NCBI GenBank assembly: GCA_001788925.1 | Contig: MFXS01000041.1 | Span: forward strand, 1-51,314 | Length of the DNA: 51,314 nucleotides | Direction of reading: 5' to 3' | DNA from: Candidatus Peribacteria bacterium RIFCSPHIGHO2_01_FULL_55_13 | Lineage (GTDB): Bacteria; Patescibacteriota; Gracilibacteria; Peribacterales; Peribacteraceae | Shown: positions 45,100 to 51,314 of the stretch, in pieces | How positions within the stretch are numbered: the stretch's first letter is position 1 | How the letters are laid out: each line of letters begins with the position of its first letter | Program-made: the position numbers and the translations under genes | Notes under the pieces: model-generated | The model's input: only the letters and a program-made list of their open reading frames with translations | Databases searched by the model: none | What the model was told of the DNA's origin: nothing

Positions 45100-46068
45100 T
45101 TATTTGTGGGTCATGGAAGTACCTTTCATGCCTCGCTGCTGAAGTTCCTGGTGCATGCCGCCAACGAGATCAGAAACATTATCCACTCCTTCGTTCGTAC
45201 ACCAGAGCTGCATCTCTTCGCAGACTGTACTGAAGACATCAATACCGCGATCAGCGACGGCCGTGCCGATGCCCACGAGAGACGCACCGGCCAGCATCAT
45301 TTCGATCGCGTCTTCTCCGGTATAGACGCCGCCCGTGCCGATGATCGGCACTTTGCCCCCGGTGGCTTCATAGACTTCCGCAACACAGCGGACGGCAATG
45401 GGCTTGAGCGCCGGCCCGGAAAGTCCTCCTTTATGGGCGGCGAGGATCGGCATGCGGCTCCGAAGATCGATTGCCATGCCCGGCCCGACGGTATTGATTG
45501 CCGTGATACCGTCAGCTCCCGCGGCGACGCACGCGGCCGCGATCTGGCCGATATTGGGAACGTTGGGCGTAAGCTTGGCGAACATAGGAATCTTTCCGAT
45601 CTCTTTGCGCACGGCTGTAAGAATCGACGCAGCTTCCCCCTCGTCTTCGGCGAAGAGTTTGCCCCGAAGTTTGAGGAATGTGGGTGTGGAGATATTCACT
45701 TCGATGAAATCAGGCTTCAGAGGTGCGATGGCCGCCGCCACCTCGGCGAATTCGGAGGCGCTGAGGCCGATAATGTTAGCAATGAGGGGAACCTGATGAT
45801 CCTTCATGAAGTCCCCAATCTCCTGACGCGCTTTCTCCGGGCCCGCATCCGGCACACCGACGGCATTGAGCATCCAGTGCTCTGTCGAAATGATCGTCGG
45901 GTTGACGTTGCCCTTATGCTCCTGCGGCCAAAGCGATTTTGTGGTGATAGCTCCTGCTCCGCTTGCGGTGACGAACCGCCAGCTGGATGCCGTAATGCCC
46001 ATGATACCGGAAGCGAGAACGGTCGGGTTTTCGAAGGTGACTCCGAGGATGGTCTGGGAGAGGTTCAT
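45100..46068 (-). CDS. pyrD: Dihydroorotate dehydrogenase family 1B catalytic subunit (atypical active site)
   Basis: NPTVLASG, TTKS, LNAVG, AKLTPN, AINT, GGLSG, IIGTGG; adjacent to pyrK. Confidence 0.88.
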   Translation of the reverse strand: MNLSQTILGVTFENPTVLASGIMGITASSWRFVTASGAGAITTKSLWPQEHKGNVNPTIISTEHWMLNAVGVPDAGPEKARQEIGDFMKDHQVPLIANIIGLSASEFAEVAAAIAPLKPDFIEVNISTPTFLKLRGKLFAEDEGEAASILTAVRKEIGKIPMFAKLTPNVPNIGQIAAACVAAGADGITAINTVGPGMAIDLRSRMPILAAHKGGLSGPALKPIAVRCVAEVYEATGGKVPIIGTGGVYTGEDAIEMMLAGASLVGIGTAVADRGIDVFSTVCEEMQLWCTNEGVDNVSDLVGGMHQELQQRGMKGTSMTHK

Positions 46069-46103
46069 CGGAACAATCATAGCAGCACGCCTGCAGGCGT
46101 GCG

Positions 46104-46958
46104 CTAGACCGTTCGCTGTTTTGGGAAGAGCGTATCTCTTCGCACCCACACGGCAACAAAGAGGATCACGCCGAAAAGGATCAGGCGAACCGGACCAAGA
46201 ATATTCGCCGAGAGTGGAAGAAAGCGCATGCCTTCACGAAGAAGCGAAATGAGGACGAGCGAAAGCATGCAGCCGCGCACACTTCCGGGTCCTCCTGCGA
46301 CGACGACCGTGACGAAGAAGATAAACGCCGGATAGCCGAAGTCGCTCGGATGGACGAGATAAATGTACTGGTGGTACTGCACGTTGGTGAGCATCGCTCC
46401 GACGCCTCCGATAAGAAAAACAATGAGATGGATGAATGGACGGTCGATACCGAGTGCCTTGGCATGCCACTCATGTTCCGAAAGCGCCGTAAGCTTGCGC
46501 CCGAATGTTCCGCGATCAATCTTCCAGAGCACAAAGGCCCAGAGCACAGCAACAATCGTGCTGAAGATCATAAAATCCACCGTGGAATGCAAAAAGGGAA
46601 AGCGGGGAACACGGGGAATCCCGAGAGCACCGCGAGTAAGGCTCGTCCAGTTGAGTACAACCGCAAGCAGCGAGAGATGAACCGCGATGGACATGACGCC
46701 AAAGCCGTCGGCATCGAGCCGCAGGCTGAGCCATGCAAAAAACGCGGAGACGATCGCGGCGGCGGCAAAGCCGGCCACAAGTCCGAGAGGGTAACTGCCG
46801 AATGCCATCGTGGTGAGAAACGTCGCATATGCGGCGACGATGGAAACGCCGAGCGGGCCGAAGTGGAAAATTTTTCCCCTCCCGAAAATCAGGTTGAATC
46901 CCAAGATGTTCGGCGCACTCATGGCGATGATGGCGATGACGTGATAAACGAAATTCAT
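46104..46958 (-). CDS. Branched-chain-amino-acid-type ABC permease (LivM-like)
   Basis: LRLDADGF, TRGALGI, FGRKL.AL.E....AKALGI, GGPGS..G. Confidence 0.87.
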   Translation of the reverse strand: MNFVYHVIAIIAMSAPNILGFNLIFGRGKIFHFGPLGVSIVAAYATFLTTMAFGSYPLGLVAGFAAAAIVSAFFAWLSLRLDADGFGVMSIAVHLSLLAVVLNWTSLTRGALGIPRVPRFPFLHSTVDFMIFSTIVAVLWAFVLWKIDRGTFGRKLTALSEHEWHAKALGIDRPFIHLIVFLIGGVGAMLTNVQYHQYIYLVHPSDFGYPAFIFFVTVVVAGGPGSVRGCMLSLVLISLLREGMRFLPLSANILGPVRLILFGVILFVAVWVRRDTLFPKQRTV

Positions 46959-46964
46959 AAAATG

Positions 46965-47843
46965 TTACGCAGTGCGGGATTGAGAAGAGAAGAGACCGGA
47001 GGGCTTGAGAAGCAGAAAGAAGATGATGAATAGCAGTGCGACGGTCTGCTGATAGCCAGCAGGAACGTAAAATGCGCCGAACCAGTGAACGCCTACAAGT
47101 ACCTGTTCCAGCCCCGCGATGAGGTACGCGCAGAAAATCGCACCCCAGATATTCCCCTTCCCTCCCGCGATAATCGCGGCATACGCCTTAATAGTCAGCG
47201 GAAACGCGAACGTAGGAGAAAGATTCTGATCGATGCCAATAAAAATACCCCCGGCACCCGCAAACACTCCGCTCACAATAAAAATCACTCGGTGGAGTAC
47301 TGCAGAATTGATTCCTAGACTGAGTGCCGCGGAATCATGTTGTACTACTGCGCGCAATTTTCTTCCAAAAGAGGTCCGATGGAACACATAGGCAAAGGCG
47401 AGTAGGGCAACCAGCGTCAGGAGAATAAGAATGCATTGTTCCACGCTGATGCGCGCGCCTTGGATTTCAAAGGTTTTTTTAAGTCCCGGGAGAATGCTGC
47501 GCGGCCGCTCCTCAAAGAGGAGTAGCATCATGCCGTCTAGGATCATGCTCCACGCAATTGTCGTGACGAGCGGAAGAAAGCGGTGATGTTTATAAAACGG
47601 ATTCACGAAGATCTCGAAGGTAAACCACGTCATGAGGGCTCCACTGGCTAATCCTCCAAGGACGCTTGGAATCAACGGCAAATGTACAACTTGATGAAGC
47701 CACCATGTGCTGTATCCCCCGAAGAGCACGAGTTGTCCAAGCGCCATATTAAAAACACCGAGAACTCCATAGACCAGCGCCAATCCTCCAGCGATGAGAG
47801 CCGCAAGGGAACCAGCTATGAGAGCGTTGGCAAGAAGCTGCAT
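46965..47843 (-). CDS. Branched-chain-amino-acid-type ABC permease (LivH-like)
   Basis: ALIAGGLALVYGVLGVFNMALG, TSFGRKLRAV, KAYAAIIAGG.GNI.GA, KPSGLF. Confidence 0.9.
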   Translation of the reverse strand: MQLLANALIAGSLAALIAGGLALVYGVLGVFNMALGQLVLFGGYSTWWLHQVVHLPLIPSVLGGLASGALMTWFTFEIFVNPFYKHHRFLPLVTTIAWSMILDGMMLLLFEERPRSILPGLKKTFEIQGARISVEQCILILLTLVALLAFAYVFHRTSFGRKLRAVVQHDSAALSLGINSAVLHRVIFIVSGVFAGAGGIFIGIDQNLSPTFAFPLTIKAYAAIIAGGKGNIWGAIFCAYLIAGLEQVLVGVHWFGAFYVPAGYQQTVALLFIIFFLLLKPSGLFSSQSRTA

Positions 47844-47955
47844 ATATTCAGAAGGCTGCGCGGCACGTCGCATTGTAAGCGACGTGCCATTGGAAGAAAG
47901 GGTAACACAAAAACAGCGGAGGCCAGAAAACCTCCGCTGCGTGAACATATCGACC

Positions 47956-49074
47956 TTAATCCGGCGTGACCGTGTTCAGCTCAACGATCTTGCCGCCTTC
48001 GAATTTCTTGAGAACGTAACCGATACCGACGACATCGCCGTTTGCATCGAAACTGAACGTTCCCGCTGCTCCTTCATAGGTGATCTTGGCAACGGCATCA
48101 CGCACGGCTGTTCCGTCCGTACCAACTTCACCGATAACCTTGGCAAGAAGATTCGTCGCATCATAGGAAAGTGTGGCAAAGCTCAAATTGCTCTGCGGCT
48201 CCCCGTGTTTGGCGCGGAAGTGCACGGCGAAAGAATCTGGGCCCGTGTCTCCGAGCTTGGAAGAGGTGTTGATGAGCTCCATTCCTTCGACGGCTTCACC
48301 AGCGATCTGTCCGAGGTTTGCAGAGTCCGCGACATCCTGGCTGAACGCAGGCGCCGTGAATCCCGCTTCGCGGTACTGCTGCATCGCTGCGGCGATAAAC
48401 GCATCACTCTGGCCGTTCGGGACGAAGACATCAAATTCGGCATCCTCAAGACGCGTCATGAGTGAGCGGAAGTCCTTGGTTCCTGGCTCCGAGGTCTCAT
48501 TGAATACCATTGCATCCGTTCCGACAGCTGCAACCAAGGAATCACGGAGTGCCGTGGCGTAGTCCGTGTTCTCGCTAATGATGGCAATCTTGGCGTAGTT
48601 CTTCTCCGCAAAGACTTTTGCCATGGCCTTGGTCTTCAGTGCATCGCTTGGGGAATTGCGGAAGATGAACTCTCCTGCTTCCGTCACGTCGGGGCTCGTG
48701 CTCACCGGCGAAATCATGACGACCTTTGCCATCTCGGCAATCGGAGCCGCAGCGAGCGTTTCGCCGGAACATTGTCCGCCGATGATGGCGACGACCTTGT
48801 CGATATTCATGAGCTTCTGCGCGGCGGTTGCTGCATCGGCACCCGTGCATTTGCCGTCTTCAGCAATGATTTCGATCTGCTTGCCTCCGATACCTCCAGC
48901 AGCATTGATTTCGTCAACGGCGATCTGCATGCCATGGAGCGTGTCCGCACCGTAGGAAGCCGCATCACCCGTCAGAGGACCGATGAAGCCAAGTTTAATC
49001 GTATCTCCGCCACCAGCGGAACATGCCGCCAATGCCATCGCGGCGAGAGAAGAGAGAGCGAGGAACTTACGCAT
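47956..49074 (-). CDS. Liv-type ABC substrate-binding lipoprotein
   Basis: Lipobox LAAC, IKLGFIGPLTG, INAAGGI.GK, FRNSPSD, YDA. Confidence 0.9.
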   Translation of the reverse strand: MRKFLALSSLAAMALAACSAGGGDTIKLGFIGPLTGDAASYGADTLHGMQIAVDEINAAGGIGGKQIEIIAEDGKCTGADAATAAQKLMNIDKVVAIIGGQCSGETLAAAPIAEMAKVVMISPVSTSPDVTEAGEFIFRNSPSDALKTKAMAKVFAEKNYAKIAIISENTDYATALRDSLVAAVGTDAMVFNETSEPGTKDFRSLMTRLEDAEFDVFVPNGQSDAFIAAAMQQYREAGFTAPAFSQDVADSANLGQIAGEAVEGMELINTSSKLGDTGPDSFAVHFRAKHGEPQSNLSFATLSYDATNLLAKVIGEVGTDGTAVRDAVAKITYEGAAGTFSFDANGDVVGIGYVLKKFEGGKIVELNTVTPD

Positions 49075-49152
49075 AAAGAAAAATGGAATGAAACAAAAGG
49101 AAAAGAGGATATCGTGACCTAGAGTACTAGGGAAGGAGTTTTGGGCAAGTGT

Positions 49153-49887
49153 TTAGGTGGTGGGATCTGCCCCAAAATACAGCTCCCGGAGCTCTTTGCT
49201 CTGTTTCACCTCATTCGGTTTCCCTGTTAAGACAACTTTACCTACATCCATAACGATGACGCGGTCGCAGATGCTGCCGATGAAGGGAAGATCATGCTCG
49301 ACAACGAGGACGGTCTTGCCCTGCTTCTTTAATTGCAGGATGAGATCGGCCACTTGCTGTGTGAGTTTCGGAGAAACACCGGCTGTGGGTTCATCGAGCA
49401 GAAATAATTCTTTGCCCGACATCAGCGTGCGTGCGATTTCGAGGAGACGCATCTGCCCCCCGGAGAGTGATCCTGCTTTGGTGTGTGCATTCCCCTCCAG
49501 TCCGACCATCTCCAGTGTTTCCATCGCGAGCTTTTTCAGATCGCCACGGTTCTTTCGCTCCTCCTTCGGTAATGCCTCGAGTGCAACCAGGACGTTTTCG
49601 ATGAGTGTCATTTCGCGGAAGATACCGAAGTTCTGAAAGACTCTGCCGATCCCCTGCCCGGCGCGCTTCGCGGGCGAGAGATGCGTGATGTCTTCTCCGC
49701 GCAGATGAATGGTTCCGGTGCTCGGTTTGAGAAATCCCGAGAGGACATTGAAGAGAGTGGTCTTCCCCGAACCGTTCGGCCCGATGAGACCGATGATTTC
49801 TCCGCTTTCCACGGAAAAGGAAATATCGGAGAGAATGCGGTGTTCTCCGATGGAAAGAGAAAGGTGGCTGGTGGAGAGGATAGACAT
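49153..49887 (-). CDS. Liv-type ABC ATPase (LivG-like)
   Basis: GPNGSGKTT, LSGGQ, LLDEPTAG, VEHD. Confidence 0.9.
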   Translation of the reverse strand: MSILSTSHLSLSIGEHRILSDISFSVESGEIIGLIGPNGSGKTTLFNVLSGFLKPSTGTIHLRGEDITHLSPAKRAGQGIGRVFQNFGIFREMTLIENVLVALEALPKEERKNRGDLKKLAMETLEMVGLEGNAHTKAGSLSGGQMRLLEIARTLMSGKELFLLDEPTAGVSPKLTQQVADLILQLKKQGKTVLVVEHDLPFIGSICDRVIVMDVGKVVLTGKPNEVKQSKELRELYFGADPTT

Positions 49888-49911
49888 CGGACAATATTCT
49901 ACCTCACATCC

Positions 49912-51314
49912 CTATTTCCCTGTCACCGCCTTCATAAATCCTTCAAACAACGGATGTGGCCGGTGCGGTCGGCTTTTAAATTCCGGATGGAACTGCGAGC
50001 CCACCATGAACGGATGATCTTTCACTTCGACGATCTCCATCAATCCCGTTTCGGGCCACTCACCCGAGAACACCAATCCCTTCTCTTCAAGACGCTTCCG
50101 GAATGACTGGTTGAATTCATAGCGGTGGCGGTGGCGCTCGGAGATCGTCCCGTCGGATCCGAGCTGTCCCGCCTCTTTATAGGAGGCATAGGCTTTCGTC
50201 CCCTTCTTGAGGCGGCACTGGTAGGCGCCGAGACGCAACGTTCCTCCCATGCTGCGTCCTTTGTGTTGGCCCGGGAGGTAATGGACGACGTAGCGCTCTT
50301 GGCCGAGCTTTCCCTTCTCATCGAATTCCTGACTCGTGAGCTGGTCGTCTTTGAGCATGCTACGAGCAAATTCAATCGCGAGGATTTGTGAACCGAGACA
50401 AAGGCCCAGATACGGAACCTTATGTGTACGTGCATAGCGCGCGGCGGCGATTTTCCCTTCAATGCCACGGCTCCCAAATCCGCTCGAAACGATGATGCCC
50501 TCTGCACTCTTGAGATCTTTCCAAACGTCTTTGTCCTGCTTCTCCAGCTTCTCGCTGTCCACCCATACGATCTCCGCTTTGCGCCCGTGAAAGACCGCAG
50601 CGGATTTGATCGATTCGATCTGGCTCAGGTACGCATCATCGAGGTACGTGTACTTGCCCACCAGAGCGATGCGCACAGGTTCCACAGCTTCTTCGTAGCG
50701 CTTGCGACCCTTCTCCCACTCACGCATATCAGGCTTCAGCTTTCCGAGCCCGAGCTTTTTCCCGATGAAGTTCGCCACGTTGTAGTTTTGCAGATTGAGC
50801 GGCACATCGTAGATCGATTTTACCGTCGGTGCAGGAATGACGGCTTCACGGGCGACGTCGCAGAATTTGCTCACTTTATCGAGCAGCTCCACCGGGATTT
50901 TGTAGTCCGCACGCGTGAGGATCATATCGGGCTGCAGGCCAATTCTCCGCAGTTCCCGCACGGAAAGCTGTGTGGGCTTGGTCTTGAGCTCCTTCGATGC
51001 GGCAAGATAGGGCAGAAGCGTGAGATGGACGTGGAAGATGCGCTCGGGACCCATCTCGGATTTCATCTGCCGGATGGCTTCGAGATACGGCTCTCCCTCG
51101 ATGTCTCCGACGGTTCCGCCGACTTCCACCATCATGATATCAGCCTTGCTCTTCTTGGCGGCTCCCGTGATGGAATCCTTGATGGCATTGGTGATGTGGG
51201 GAACCACCTGAATGGTGCCGCCGAGGAAATCGCCACGACGTTCCTTTGCGAGGACATCCGTGTAGATCTTTCCCGTGGTGATGGTGGAGAGCTTGCTCAT
51301 CGGCTCGTCGATGA
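49912..51314 (-). CDS. pyrG: CTP synthase, 5'-truncated by the window end
   Basis: ERRGDFLG.TIQVVPH, GGTVGDIE, KTKPTQ, GLCLG, RHRHRYE, QFHPE; the frame stays open to the window edge. Confidence 0.97.
   Translation of the reverse strand, partial: IDEPMSKLSTITTGKIYTDVLAKERRGDFLGGTIQVVPHITNAIKDSITGAAKKSKADIMMVEVGGTVGDIEGEPYLEAIRQMKSEMGPERIFHVHLTLLPYLAASKELKTKPTQLSVRELRRIGLQPDMILTRADYKIPVELLDKVSKFCDVAREAVIPAPTVKSIYDVPLNLQNYNVANFIGKKLGLGKLKPDMREWEKGRKRYEEAVEPVRIALVGKYTYLDDAYLSQIESIKSAAVFHGRKAEIVWVDSEKLEKQDKDVWKDLKSAEGIIVSSGFGSRGIEGKIAAARYARTHKVPYLGLCLGSQILAIEFARSMLKDDQLTSQEFDEKGKLGQERYVVHYLPGQHKGRSMGGTLRLGAYQCRLKKGTKAYASYKEAGQLGSDGTISERHRHRYEFNQSFRKRLEEKGLVFSGEWPETGLMEIVEVKDHPFMVGSQFHPEFKSRPHRPHPLFEGFMKAVTGK

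Noticed and set aside
5395-47948. ORF-track extended N-termini (lexA 5395, rpsO 16950, rmuC 17044, csp 27479, pyrD 46149, LivH-like 47948 and others)
   Set aside because: The extensions run through promoters, repeats or neighbouring genes; downstream ATGs match family N-termini.
1-51314. CRISPR array or cas genes
   Set aside because: No repeat-spacer periodicity; the repeats seen are tandem 7-9-mers, palindromes or an in-frame 84-bp unit.
1-51314. Alternative genetic code (UGA=Gly, as in Gracilibacteria/Absconditabacteria)
   Set aside because: Conserved genes are full length under code 11, and several end in TGA with ATGA coupling.

Overview
Bacterial chromosomal segment whose gene content and style suggest a CPR/Patescibacteria organism, most likely Peregrinibacteria/Peribacteraceae (inference from weak Shine-Dalgarno use, ECF sigma plus DUF5667-like pair, TrmB-like regulator and retained pyrimidine synthesis). 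It reads in the standard code 11. Core genes: LCP protein, lexA-dinB, valS, pnp, rpsO, rmuC, uvrD/pcrA, rsmA, comEC, a cold-shock gene, tRNA-Glu(TTC), and pyrG, pyrD and pyrK around a Liv-type ABC transporter. An accessory stretch follows the tRNA: Tau/Ssu-type ABC transporter with TrmB-like regulator, PAS histidine kinase with two receivers, an ECF sigma, a degenerate IS1595-type transposase, GT2, hydrolase and a lipoprotein. The most interesting signals are non-coding or too short for the ORF track. (1) An ECF-type promoter motif, GTAAGA-N15-CGTC, occurs four times, and one copy points into an ORF-less structured RNA at about 40840-41085. (2) A 17/18 CIRCE operator overlaps the promoter of a stand-alone 22-aa Gly/Cys peptide gene. 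(3) There are three leader-peptide attenuator-like elements: Tyr/Phe-rich before DAHP synthase, and Ile/Val/Leu-rich and Pro-rich before orphan genes. (4) A candidate LexA box, GGTGTAC-N4-GTACACC, sits at lexA and rmuC. (5) Three diverged paralogues of an unrecognised domain lie between rpsO and pnp. (6) Short tandem repeats and a REP palindrome sit in frame inside housekeeping genes. (7) PyrD has Thr in place of its catalytic Cys. All calls were made by eye, with no database searches.
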